Origin: a virus
Taxonomy: Duplodnaviria > Caudoviricetes
IMG/VR virus record: IMGVR_UViG_3300048881_000698
Coordinates: 64,001 to 128,000 of that record
DNA: 64,000 nucleotides
Direction: 5' to 3' (one strand)
The translations under genes and the position numbers were made by a program. This document shows, one piece after another, positions 27,183 to 37,100 of the stretch. The first letter of the stretch is position 1; the number at the start of each line of letters is the position of its first letter. The notes below the pieces were generated by a model. That model made no database searches. It saw only the letters and a program-made list of their open reading frames with translations, and was not told the DNA's origin.

Positions 27183-28763
27183 TTAACCTTTATATAACCA
27201 CATATATTTTTTCATTTCTTCTTCTTTCTCAGGACTAGGAGCGTTTGTTGCCTTATATCCTTTCATACCAGAAATTGTAGTATTAAAAGTCGATTCTGAT
27301 TTCATTATTGAGTTTAACATCGCTTCCTTATATTTTGTTTCACGATCTTTTTCTGCGTAAACAGTATCTTTTACCCAGCATGCGATTGCAAAAGCCATAG
27401 TTAGATCATCGTTATATCCTCTCATAGCCTGAGGTCTCCCTTTATCCCAGATAAAAGTCTTGAACTCATTATATAATCTAGCAGATCGTATTGTAATTAA
27501 TCTGTTGCGAACAAATTCTTCCATTTTTGCAATAATAATAGGTCTAGTCTTAAGGGATGTTGTGAACCCTGCTACTGAAGAATGATGAGTTTCAGCTACC
27601 AGTTGTTCTACATATTCATGCGTAGATTTTATAGAATAATAAATATTTGGATACTCCAGCTCTTTCAGCTTGTCTAAAACAGCAAACCCTATTGTGTTAT
27701 TCTCGACAACAATCATACAATTTCCGTATTGTTTGCCAGCATCAAATACCAAATTAGAAAAAATGTCTGGTGTTACTTTGCCTTGATATTCTCCAACGAT
27801 TTCCATGTTGTCCAGATCAATTATATGAAAAACGGAATTGTCTTGGCCGTCGCCCCTTGCTACATCAGCTGCTAACAAATAAGTGTGTTCGGGATCATAG
27901 TTTTCCCAAATCCAAAAGTTCCTATCAAACCCTACCCTGTATTTTGGACTGCAAATACCCTCTTCAATTTTCGCTATATCATCTGGGTGTATAACCGTTT
28001 CCCCAGAAGTGTTGAAATTACATTCAAGTTCTTGAGCGATTTGTCTTCTCGACATGTTTTTTGTTTCTTTTTCGTACCATTCTTCGTCGCGATCAGGGTG
28101 CACGTCCCATAGTAATTTTGTCGCGTGAAAGTCATTTATGCCTTGTTCCGCTTCTACATAAATCTTGTGAAACCAGTTTCCAACTCCATTGGGTGTTGAA
28201 AGAGCGATGCATCGGCCACCTGTCGAAAGAGTTGGGTACAAGCCTGTCCAAAGCTCCGTCAACCCTTCAACATGCGCAGCTTCATCAACGACCAACAAAG
28301 ATAACGCTTCTGAACGTCCAGCATCAGGAGAAGTAGAACTGGCTTTAATTTGTGATCCGTTAGTTAGCTCAAAACTTGTTCTATTATCGACTGACACATT
28401 AGCTATTTTGATCCATGGCGGCAAATTTTTAACTATCGCTTTGACTTTTTTAACAAGATTTCCTGCAGTTGAAAACTTTGTTGCCATAACAAGAACATTT
28501 TTGTCACGATGGAACATCATCAGCCACGTAATATAGGCAGCAGTTATTGTTGATATTCCAAGCTGTCTCGCTTTTAGTATAACGCTGAATCTATAATCAT
28601 TAAATTCATTTACGAGTTGTTCTTGATAATCGTATAACTTAAAAGGAATTAGCCCGTGCATCGGGTGAGAAATTTTTGCGTAACTGTCTATAAAATAAGC
28701 TGGATTTTTACCACACTTTATAATCTCTTTTGTGATCTCTTGTTTTGTAAGATGATAATCCAT
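27183..28763 (-). CDS. terL: Terminase large subunit (gp17-like)
   Basis: LKARQLGIST (Walker A), LLVVDEAAH (Walker B), LSTPNG, AADVARG, NDDLTMA. Confidence 0.95.
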   Translation of the reverse strand: MDYHLTKQEITKEIIKCGKNPAYFIDSYAKISHPMHGLIPFKLYDYQEQLVNEFNDYRFSVILKARQLGISTITAAYITWLMMFHRDKNVLVMATKFSTAGNLVKKVKAIVKNLPPWIKIANVSVDNRTSFELTNGSQIKASSTSPDAGRSEALSLLVVDEAAHVEGLTELWTGLYPTLSTGGRCIALSTPNGVGNWFHKIYVEAEQGINDFHATKLLWDVHPDRDEEWYEKETKNMSRRQIAQELECNFNTSGETVIHPDDIAKIEEGICSPKYRVGFDRNFWIWENYDPEHTYLLAADVARGDGQDNSVFHIIDLDNMEIVGEYQGKVTPDIFSNLVFDAGKQYGNCMIVVENNTIGFAVLDKLKELEYPNIYYSIKSTHEYVEQLVAETHHSSVAGFTTSLKTRPIIIAKMEEFVRNRLITIRSARLYNEFKTFIWDKGRPQAMRGYNDDLTMAFAIACWVKDTVYAEKDRETKYKEAMLNSIMKSESTFNTTISGMKGYKATNAPSPEKEEEMKKYMWLYKG

Positions 28764-28772
28764 TCAATTTTC

Positions 28773-29324
28773 TTATTGTTCCTTTTTTCTTGTTACGTTA
28801 GAAGGCTTTGGAGCGCTCTTGCCAAGATCAAGCCATTTTCTGATAGCTTTGTCTAGTCTATCTTTATCACTTCCCTGATTAACAGATTCTACACCATTAA
28901 TATTACCAATTTTATATATCTGGGAGGCCTGCACTATGGTCCTAACGCGACTTATGTATTGTACCAGTATTTCTGGGGGCCCTTTCTTCGTCAAAGTGAG
29001 TCCATTTTTAGTAAGCCTCTTATATTCTTTTTTAAGATACTTTACAACATCATTAATATTCGAAGCAACATCATCCTCAAACTTTTTGTCATGGGTATCT
29101 TTTAATTTTGTTTCTCCATGATATTTTACTACCAAATAATTACCATGAAAGCTGACATTAAATCCATCCATAACTCGGGCCTCAATATTTAAGTCGCCCT
29201 CTTCTCGCTTTAGGCCGGCTTTCTTTGGTACACCGTCATCCACAATTCTCTCGTCATGGGCGCCATCATATGCATTTGCGGCGGCTTGCTGAATCCCTTT
29301 TAATACATCATAAACTGTTGCCAT
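28773..29324 (-). CDS. Hypothetical protein, 183 aa
   Basis: AGGAG SD and ACTATTTA motif upstream. Confidence 0.75.
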   Translation of the reverse strand: MATVYDVLKGIQQAAANAYDGAHDERIVDDGVPKKAGLKREEGDLNIEARVMDGFNVSFHGNYLVVKYHGETKLKDTHDKKFEDDVASNINDVVKYLKKEYKRLTKNGLTLTKKGPPEILVQYISRVRTIVQASQIYKIGNINGVESVNQGSDKDRLDKAIRKWLDLGKSAPKPSNVTRKKEQ

Positions 29325-29352
29325 TGTTATTCTCCTGCAAAGTATTGTTTAA

Positions 29353-29360
29353 TAAATAGT
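29353..29360 (-). promoter_or_regulatory. Candidate late promoter ACTATTTA (terminase-portal operon)
   Basis: Intergenic, 29 nt upstream of the ATG. Confidence 0.6.
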
Positions 29361-29373
29361 TTGTGGCTCACTA

Positions 29374-29904
29374 TTAATTCCTTTCTCTTTTGGGTTTCCA
29401 CCCCATTTTTCTTTTTGCGCCATAAACATAGCGATCTTGGCGCTCTTCATCTTTGGGAAATTTCTTTTTCGCAGACTTTTCTAAGCCTGGATGCGCTTTT
29501 TCTGCTTCTTCTTCTCCTTCTTCCAAAGGATATTTTGCAAACTCGCTGCCTGGTGCGCCTTTAGGCTTTTTGGCAGAGGCCTCGGATTCGAGCAGCTCAC
29601 CAACCACTTCTTCGACGGTTTCTTCAAGGCCAAACATAGAGGTCCATGTCTTCGGGCTTCTCCAGTCAAACCTGCTCCCAGTGCCGGAATCCTCGGCGCG
29701 AGCTTTTTCTAGCGCCGCTTCCTTTTCCGCGTCGCTTGGAAGCGTGTATGGTTTGGGAATGCGCCTATATATGCCCCGCCCGCCTGGTCCACCTGTCTCG
29801 AACGGATCAGTTTCCCTGTCAATCTTACGAGGGCTAGCGAATTCAAGCAAGGTGTCAAGTTCTTCTTTAATTATTTTTATCAAGTCTTCTTTTGTCAACT
29901 TCAT
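29374..29904 (-). CDS. Putative internal head protein
   Basis: N-terminal MKLTKEDLIKIIKEEL leader and several L-x-E sites. Confidence 0.55.
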   Translation of the reverse strand: MKLTKEDLIKIIKEELDTLLEFASPRKIDRETDPFETGGPGGRGIYRRIPKPYTLPSDAEKEAALEKARAEDSGTGSRFDWRSPKTWTSMFGLEETVEEVVGELLESEASAKKPKGAPGSEFAKYPLEEGEEEAEKAHPGLEKSAKKKFPKDEERQDRYVYGAKRKMGWKPKRERN

Positions 29905-30286
29905 CTTTATTTGGTCTCCAGCCAGTTTTCCAGCGTTCTTCTCTTCCTTCTATAAATTCTATATAGCACTGATAGCAAGAAGAAAATTTAGCCATGTACA
30001 TATTATCTTTGATGTCGAATGAATAGATTTCACAAATAGGACATTTTCTTCTGCTCTCTTTGTTAAGTAGTTTTTTATTAATTAAAAAACCATCTTTTTC
30101 AACCTTTTCAACCTTTTCTTTTTTCTTGTTTTCTTTCTTGTACAAGCTCTTAAGTTGTTCTAAATACTCTTTTTCTTTTTCGTCGTCCCAGTTGGAGCGA
30201 GGATGTTGTACTGTTTCCTCACCATATTTTTGTGCAATAGCTCTTTCTAGCTCGGCTATAGTATTTAAATCTTTCTTTGGTGTAAT
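29867..30286 (-). CDS. Zinc-ribbon protein with probable non-canonical ATT start
   Basis: The frame extends 47 codons upstream of the tracked TTG (ITPKKDLNTIAELERAIAQKYGEETVQHPRSNW...); CPIC...CYQC. Confidence 0.6.
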   Translation of the reverse strand: MTPKKDLNTIAELERAIAQKYGEETVQHPRSNWDDEKEKEYLEQLKSLYKKENKKKEKVEKVEKDGFLINKKLLNKESRRKCPICEIYSFDIKDNMYMAKFSSCYQCYIEFIEGREERWKTGWRPNKDEVDKRRLDKNN

Positions 30287-30292
30287 CTTATT

Positions 30293-30321
30293 ATTCTATC
30301 AACAAACCATCATATTGTTAA
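30293..30321 (-). promoter_or_regulatory. Sigma70-like promoter
   Basis: TTAACA-17 nt-TAGAAT with extended TG. Confidence 0.55.
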
Positions 30322-30323
30322 AT

Positions 30324-31622
30324 TTATTCTACACCTATTGATTTTCCAATACTAGCCGCTTCTACCCCAATAAACTTGTCGATATTAGTGCCAGCAACGC
30401 CTATAATCGTATGAGAAATGCCTACCCTTGCCACTAAACATCGAAGAGTTAAGGTAACGCCAGGAACATAAGTTAAAGAACTATCTACAAATCGCAGCCT
30501 TTGGTTAGGTCCGCCAGTATCATAACACCCCATGTTTCTGTATGGGCCAAGAGAATCTCGTCCATCGAAAACGACACCGTCAAGATCATGAGACTGAGAT
30601 GCAATTATAGTATTGCTCGCGTGGCCAAATGCGCCGGCGGCGATATGACCGGTACCGGAACCAGAGGCCGGTGAAGCACATTTAAGATGAAAATCGTCTC
30701 CGGCAAGGTCTACAAACTGCGGATCAGTAGTGGCACAATCTGCAGTCGCTGAACCAAAGAGCCTACTGGTATTAAATATATTATCATATGCTAAGCTAGC
30801 ACTGATGGGAGGATCTGCTGAAGAGTTCATCAAATACCCCTTAGTATAACAGTACGATGCAACGCAATTTCGTATCTGTGCAACGCTTGCGCCAGCTGTG
30901 CTAACTGAAAATATGTGTTGGTTAGCATCGTCAACTACCCTGCAGCGTACAGCTGTACAATTTTCTATGGTCCCAAAGACCGCATCAAAAGTCGACTTCG
31001 AGGAAGTGCAGTCATGAGCAAGGCATGTCCGAAACGATGGCGAAGTTGAACCATTTGCAATTAATGGTCGAAAACAATTTTTGAAAACGCATCTCTCTAT
31101 TACCGATTGACCTGCTGAAGGCGTGTAAGGGCCTGGTACATCAATAACCTCAGAATTGGCGGAAGAGCCTGAACAATTATCAAAAGTACAGTTTACCACA
31201 TGAATAGGGCCGGTGGTACTGCCATCACCAGATATGACAGAGGCAGCAGAAGTAGGTGAGTTGGTTTGCTCTGGTGCTTTAGTAAAAGTAAACCCTTCAA
31301 TTTTAGTAAATAGATATGTTTTAATACCAACACTGTCGTCGTTATTTGTAAAATCAATTGCTACATCGTATGAACCCGTAATTGCTTTTAATGTTAATCC
31401 TTTTTGCAGTCGGCCGCCGACTTGGAGATTAATAGTGTTATTCTCCGCGTATGACCAATCGGCGCCGGCGGCGGGATATACTAGCACTGTATGTCCACCG
31501 CCATATGAGAGGCTGCCATGCGTAGTCTGTGCGCATGCATATTTTATGGTTAGATACGACGTCGAGATGGAGGTGCCATCGTTGGAATTGCTACCGGTAG
31601 GAGTTACATAATAAGTTGTCAT
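30324..31622 (-). CDS. Right-handed beta-helix (pectin-lyase-fold) protein, tailspike/depolymerase-like
   Basis: TYYVTPTGSNSNDG start, repeated NC-T/V-F stacks, DPQFVD...DFHL...SPA...DLDG...MGCY end motif. Confidence 0.7.
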   Translation of the reverse strand: MTTYYVTPTGSNSNDGTSISTSYLTIKYACAQTTHGSLSYGGGHTVLVYPAAGADWSYAENNTINLQVGGRLQKGLTLKAITGSYDVAIDFTNNDDSVGIKTYLFTKIEGFTFTKAPEQTNSPTSAASVISGDGSTTGPIHVVNCTFDNCSGSSANSEVIDVPGPYTPSAGQSVIERCVFKNCFRPLIANGSTSPSFRTCLAHDCTSSKSTFDAVFGTIENCTAVRCRVVDDANQHIFSVSTAGASVAQIRNCVASYCYTKGYLMNSSADPPISASLAYDNIFNTSRLFGSATADCATTDPQFVDLAGDDFHLKCASPASGSGTGHIAAGAFGHASNTIIASQSHDLDGVVFDGRDSLGPYRNMGCYDTGGPNQRLRFVDSSLTYVPGVTLTLRCLVARVGISHTIIGVAGTNIDKFIGVEAASIGKSIGVE

Positions 31623-32885
31623 TTATGCACTTACCTCAACCCAGGATTTGTCCGGATCGAAGTAGACAAGAACATCACTTGAATCATCATCGATAGCGTA
31701 TCCGACGATACGCACATAATCTGCATCACCGGATGGTGCCGTAAAATCAAAATGACCTGCAGTTGTTGAGATATACACAGGTAACCCATCGCATGCGCCG
31801 GATCCAGGTAAGTTCAATATTTCAGTTGATGGGATTCTTATAAACCCACGTGTTACCGCCCCAACTGTTCGTGAGGATCCGCCTAACCCAACACCAAGTA
31901 GTTGACTTGCACCGGTAGCAACAGCGTCGGCGTCTGCTTGATCCCAAGTTCCATCAGTATGTAAAAAGTAAATTTGACCAGCAGTTAAAGTATCGTCGGC
32001 GCCTGGAGAATATCTTAATACTTCGCCATTAAATTGCCCATCGCTTAACAGGCTTTCAAATGCAGTTGTCTGATAATCGTTTACTACAGTGAGGCCACCT
32101 CTTGCGGTGTCGGTGCCAATTCCGACTCCATTATTCCCACCATCAACAAACAGCATATGAGTGTTGCCATCTGATTCAACACGAAAATCACAATCGATGC
32201 TGTCATCATTAACAATTACCTCACAAGGCTGTGCCGCAGATGTAGCGCTTCCAGCGTGATTTGTCCCAGCGTCTTTACGCTCGCCTCCAATTGAGAAAAG
32301 GTTTTTCAGACCGGCAGTACCTGCAGTTCCGCCGGCCATGACGTTCATTACGATCTTACCACTTTCATCAGTGTGTGTGACGTCGGAAATAGTACCTACA
32401 ATGCTGCCAAACGTTGTAAACTGGTAAGTGTCAGAACCTACCGCAGCTGCGTCGGCTGAATCGTGTCCGCCAAACACAATTGAACCCAAGGTATCTTCAT
32501 CAGCGTTTGCTGTTGCCCAAGTTCCGTTCTTGGTATTCTTGAGCTGCAGCGAAAGTCCTGAAGCATTATTACCCTCATCTACAATTGCAAAATAACCACC
32601 ATTAATCCCCTGGTCGGAGAAGAAATTAAACCCCATACCTTCGCTGTAAACACTGGCTTGAAATTCTCCATAAGAGTTATATGTTATCCTAGAGTCTTCG
32701 CCAGTGCCCCATTGAATAAACTGGCCTTTATCTAGGATCATAGACCCGGCAGCGGGATCATCGGCGCTGCCGCCAGTTAACTTTCCGCTTTTGATACCAG
32801 CGTAAAGAGCAATTTTTGCTACGAGTTTTTGTTCAGTCCACTCCCCTATTGTTCCAGGGCGATGGGTATGATACCGCGATCCCAT
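31623..32885 (-). CDS. Tail/head fibre-like protein
   Basis: DFRVESDGNTHMLFVDGGNNGVGIGT fibre repeat; C-terminal G-x-P-V-Y-I-S...RIVGYA domain. Confidence 0.6.
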   Translation of the reverse strand: MGSRYHTHRPGTIGEWTEQKLVAKIALYAGIKSGKLTGGSADDPAAGSMILDKGQFIQWGTGEDSRITYNSYGEFQASVYSEGMGFNFFSDQGINGGYFAIVDEGNNASGLSLQLKNTKNGTWATANADEDTLGSIVFGGHDSADAAAVGSDTYQFTTFGSIVGTISDVTHTDESGKIVMNVMAGGTAGTAGLKNLFSIGGERKDAGTNHAGSATSAAQPCEVIVNDDSIDCDFRVESDGNTHMLFVDGGNNGVGIGTDTARGGLTVVNDYQTTAFESLLSDGQFNGEVLRYSPGADDTLTAGQIYFLHTDGTWDQADADAVATGASQLLGVGLGGSSRTVGAVTRGFIRIPSTEILNLPGSGACDGLPVYISTTAGHFDFTAPSGDADYVRIVGYAIDDDSSDVLVYFDPDKSWVEVSA

Positions 32886-32897
32886 ATGTTTTGAACC

Positions 32898-33329
32898 TCA
32901 CTGATTAACGGCGTACGCTATGCCTACAGTAATTAGAACTCCAGTTAAGATACCGCCTGTGAGCCACCAGTGAGAATATTCATTAGGTTGTTTTAAAACA
33001 ATATTTTGTAATTTATTGATTTCGTCGTCTTTTATCTCGACCATAGAATCGTATTTGATCTTAAAAGCATCTAAACTTATTTGCAAATTAGCTAAACTCA
33101 AATTACATTCAGCATCTAATCGCTCTTCTAGTACACGGAGGTTCAATTTATGTTGTTCAATCAGAAATTCTCTTTGTGCGATAGTTTCTGCTATAGCTGT
33201 TGGGTTATACAACACACCTGAGAAAGGGGCTACGTCTCCTTCGTTCAAAGGAGAGATTTTTGGAAGTTCATCTGCAAATAAAGTAAACGGAAAAAGTACT
33301 AAAAGTAATATTGCAATAATCTTGTTCAT
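32898..33329 (-). CDS. Secreted coiled-coil protein with C-terminal TM helix (spanin-like)
   Basis: Signal peptide MNKIIAILLLVLFPFTLFA, coiled coil, C-terminal WWLTGGILTGVLITVGIAYAV. Confidence 0.5.
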   Translation of the reverse strand: MNKIIAILLLVLFPFTLFADELPKISPLNEGDVAPFSGVLYNPTAIAETIAQREFLIEQHKLNLRVLEERLDAECNLSLANLQISLDAFKIKYDSMVEIKDDEINKLQNIVLKQPNEYSHWWLTGGILTGVLITVGIAYAVNQ

Positions 33330-33733
33330 TTCAGTATCTCAAACCCAAAAGCTTCTTTAACTAACTCTGCTAGCTTTTCCGGATCTTCACCGTGTTCTTT
33401 GACAATCTCTTTAACTTTTCTTTTTTTAGCAAGAGTCAACTTCTTGTTTTCTTCTTTAAGTTTCTCTTCAATAATCTTAATAGTTTCTTGATACTTTTTT
33501 AAGTTCTCATCTCTTTTTCTTATTTCTTCAGAGTGAGTACTGTTGAGTACATCAACTTCAGATTTGTGGGCTTCTTTGGCTGCGGTCAGAGCATCTAAAG
33601 CATTTTGTGCATTCTTACTAAAGAGCATGTACATTATTACGGTATATACTAATAACGCAATAATTTTCCAATTGTGTTTACACCAAAGCCAAACTTTTTG
33701 AGTCGAGTGTTTTACAACTAGCCAACTTATCAT
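33326..33733 (-). CDS. Membrane-anchored coiled-coil protein (inner spanin-like)
   Basis: Single N-terminal TM followed by a charged coiled coil; ATGA-coupled to both neighbours. Confidence 0.5.
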   Translation of the reverse strand: MISWLVVKHSTQKVWLWCKHNWKIIALLVYTVIMYMLFSKNAQNALDALTAAKEAHKSEVDVLNSTHSEEIRKRDENLKKYQETIKIIEEKLKEENKKLTLAKKRKVKEIVKEHGEDPEKLAELVKEAFGFEILK

Positions 33734-33927
33734 TGATTGCCATGTTTCCAGGCCGTGGCCATGTCAACAAGTGCTTGAGTTCCAATGTACGCTAGTGTAA
33801 CCGCAACCCAATTATCACTGGTGACTGAACCATGAATAGCCAGTCCTGTAGCAGTGACCCAAGCCAAAAATTTACGACTTATGAATCTCTCTACATGTTT
33901 GTCAGCAAAAGCTTTTAATCTAGCCAT
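33730..33927 (-). CDS. Putative holin
   Basis: 65 aa, SRKFLAW followed by two TM segments ending YIGTQALVD. Confidence 0.6.
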   Translation of the reverse strand: MARLKAFADKHVERFISRKFLAWVTATGLAIHGSVTSDNWVAVTLAYIGTQALVDMATAWKHGNQ

Positions 33928-33958
33928 TATTATCTCCTTTATTTCTCACGTGATATAT

Positions 33959-34168
33959 CTAGTAACCTTCTAAAAATAATTCATATTCTTCTAGGCTTTC
34001 ACCAAGTTTTTCTAAGACGTATTCTTTTTCGTTATATGAAGCGAACGCATCCTTATAAGTATCTCTAACTTGAGCTGCTACTTCTGCGATTCGTTCTAAT
34101 TTTGCAGCCTTCTTTACAAGTTCTTCTAGTGGTAGTTCACTAGTGGTAATTCTCTCAGCTGTTTGCAT
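33959..34168 (-). CDS. Hypothetical protein, 69 aa
   Basis: AAGGAG SD; fills the gap. Confidence 0.65.
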   Translation of the reverse strand: MQTAERITTSELPLEELVKKAAKLERIAEVAAQVRDTYKDAFASYNEKEYVLEKLGESLEEYELFLEGY

Positions 34169-34182
34169 GTATATTTTCTCCT

Positions 34183-37100
34183 TTAATAATTAACATAAGC
34201 AAAGTTGCCCTTCTTCTCGATCTCAATTGTCATATCTGCACAATCTTTTAGAGTGTCCAAATGGGAAATGAGAAGAACAGTTTTAAAATATGATTTGACC
34301 ATATCTAATATTCGTATGAAACCTTCCATATTTTCTTCGTCTAAAGCCGTTGCTGGTTCATCTAATATAAATAGATCTGGTTTCGGTAAACTTGATACAT
34401 TCAACAGTGCCAAACGAATTGCCATTGCGGCAATTGTTTTTTCTGAGCCTGAACCTAGTTCAATTGGTCTTGCATCAAATTTGGGGTGTTTGATAAAGAT
34501 TTCGAGTTTTTTATCTTCTGCTTCGAAGAAAACTTCAAAGTCGACGATGTTCGCCAACACTTTAGCTATCTCCACGTTGATAATCGGGAGGCGCTTTTTG
34601 ATGATGTCATATGCAATTCCGTTGGAATGTGTACACCTCATAAACAAGTCGTAAGCTGCGAATTCCTCGCGGAGAAGTCGAAGCTCTTGTTTACCATTTT
34701 CAAGATTTGTCAGCATCTGCTCAACTGAACCATGTTCTTTCGAAAGATCGATAAGGCAGTCTTGACATACTAACAAATTGTCTTTTTCTTTTGCCATAGC
34801 TCTCAAGAAATTATCTTTTTCAAAGTTTAGTGCTTCCAGGTTTTCAATCGCTAACTTATTCTTGTTATATTCTGCCACTTTTTCATTCATTTGTTCAACT
34901 TCTTTTTTGAATCCAACAATCTTTGTTTTATTTTTCTGAATTTCTAACTCATAAGAAGAAATTTCAGTATTTAAATAACTTTGTTTTTCTAGAAGCTTGT
35001 TATACTTTTCAATGTGTTCTTCGATCTTCTCCGGATCGATCTCTTGAATTTCAGCAGATGTTTTTGTTTCTGCATTCTTCAATTTAGTAATATCTTGCTT
35101 TACCTCGTCAAGTTGCCCTAAAGCCTCGTAAGCATCTTTGATAAATTTACAATGAGAGTATTCCTCACCGCAAGGAACTTCTTCTAAAAGTGCAGTTTTT
35201 CCTTCTTTAACCTTAAGTTTAGTTTCATACAGTTTGATATCGTTGGTGATCAGATTTAGTTGATTTTGTTTCTCGACAACAACAGATTTATTATTTTTAA
35301 TCTCTTCGATATCAAAACCGTCATTCAAAAAACTCTCAATTTTACGCAAAAGTTCATTATCAATTTTAATATTTTCAAAGAATTTTTTATTTTTTTCAGT
35401 CAATAAGTCTTTTTGTTTTTGATTCTCTTCTAAAGACTTTTCTACTTTATTTATATCAATCATTTCAACTGGAATAGTGTTTATTCTTTCTTTGACGTCA
35501 TCAACTTGCTTTTGATAGGTGTCTACTCTTTCCACCATGTCTTTGCAAATGTTTTCCTGTTTTTCAATTTCATTTTCAACATTAACGAGCTTTTCATTTA
35601 CTTCTTCAATTTGTTCATCAAACTCTGTGCCTTCCAATCTTTTAAGAGCACCTCTCAAATCGGTCGCATCTTCTTTTGCTAATTTAAATTTACGTTCAAA
35701 CATCTCTAAGTCAAGAAATTTGGCAAGAATTTCTTTTCTTCTTGTCGAGCCTTCACTGATAAACATAAGAGAGCCAAGTTGAGAAGCCATTGAAGTGAAA
35801 AGAAAATCATCCATTGTCCCAAACATCTTCCTTATGCTTCTATCGGTATCATTTCTTGATAACCCGTTCAAACTAATGTTTTCTCCAACAACTTCATCGT
35901 ACCTTGAGAATTCTATATCTGTTTTGGCTTCAACTGTTGTATTGCCGTGAAGTTTCTTTTCATACTTTTCTGAGGTTCTTTCGATTTCATAAATATTGTG
36001 ATCGACTGAAATCTTTGCCTTTGCTCGGCAATCGTCTTTCGTCTGATTAATCAAATGAAGATTCTTTCGGTTATTTTTAGAAGTGGAATTGTAAATTGCA
36101 TATAGCAAACTGTCAATAATGCTTGATTTTCCGGAAAAGTTCTTCCCAAATATGCCTACAACTCCGTTTAGTTTACCAAAATCGATCTTGTTTTTCTCAC
36201 CATAATTGAACAAATTATCCCATTCAATACTTTTGAGTGTCCAATTGATATTTCTTGCCACTTCTTCATCCTCTTCAACGACAGAGCTATATTTCTTGTT
36301 AAGCTCTAAAACTTTTTCCAGTACTTCATCGCTTGGATCGTAGTCCTTAAGGTAATCCTCAATAAGTCTTTTTTGTACTACCAAATCTCGCAGATTTTCT
36401 TGGAAAATATTTTTGATAGAATCGGCAATGTCAATTCTATCTCCATATGCCCTATTCAAAAATGTCACACTTTCTGGTTTGAACTTACTTTTTGCTACAT
36501 CGACCGCTTTCTTCAGAACATCTAATGAAAGATTGTTATTAGAAACTAAACGGAGGCGCGATCCATTTGGTACCTTTACCTTGTTCGGTATCCTTCCTTT
36601 TGGTGTAAGTTCGACTGTAACAAACGGCTTTGGGTTAACAAAGGCAACGTGTTCGACGTCCCAGTCATCGCGATCTCGAATATCCCAAATCAACAAACCT
36701 TTATCATTTGTCTCTCCTTGATTTTGCTGAATCGTGCTGCCTGGATAACGAATTCGACCTTCATGATCTAGTGCCTGATTTGTTTTGTGGATATCTCCAA
36801 GAAAGGCAAAATCATATTCTTCAAAAATTGATATATCGTTCTCGCCATGCTCCATTGTCCAGCCAAGATCAGTTTTAACTCCAGAAATAGAGCCATGATA
36901 AAGAGCAATGTTAATTTTGCTTTTATCGCTTGAATCAACCCAATTATCTTCGTCAAAAACCGAAAGCACGTTCAAGGTAAACTTGTCATTCAGTACAACC
37001 TCACCAGAAGCCTTCAGGAGGCACAGATTTGGGTGTTCTAGGGCCTCAACGATAGGAGTGATGGCATCCTGCCTACTCGAGTTTCTCAGGTTCCCATCGT

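Noticed and set aside
33956-33963. ACTAGATA upstream of the holin-like gene as a late promoter
   Set aside because: It departs from the conserved TTA end of the motif and is too weak to call.
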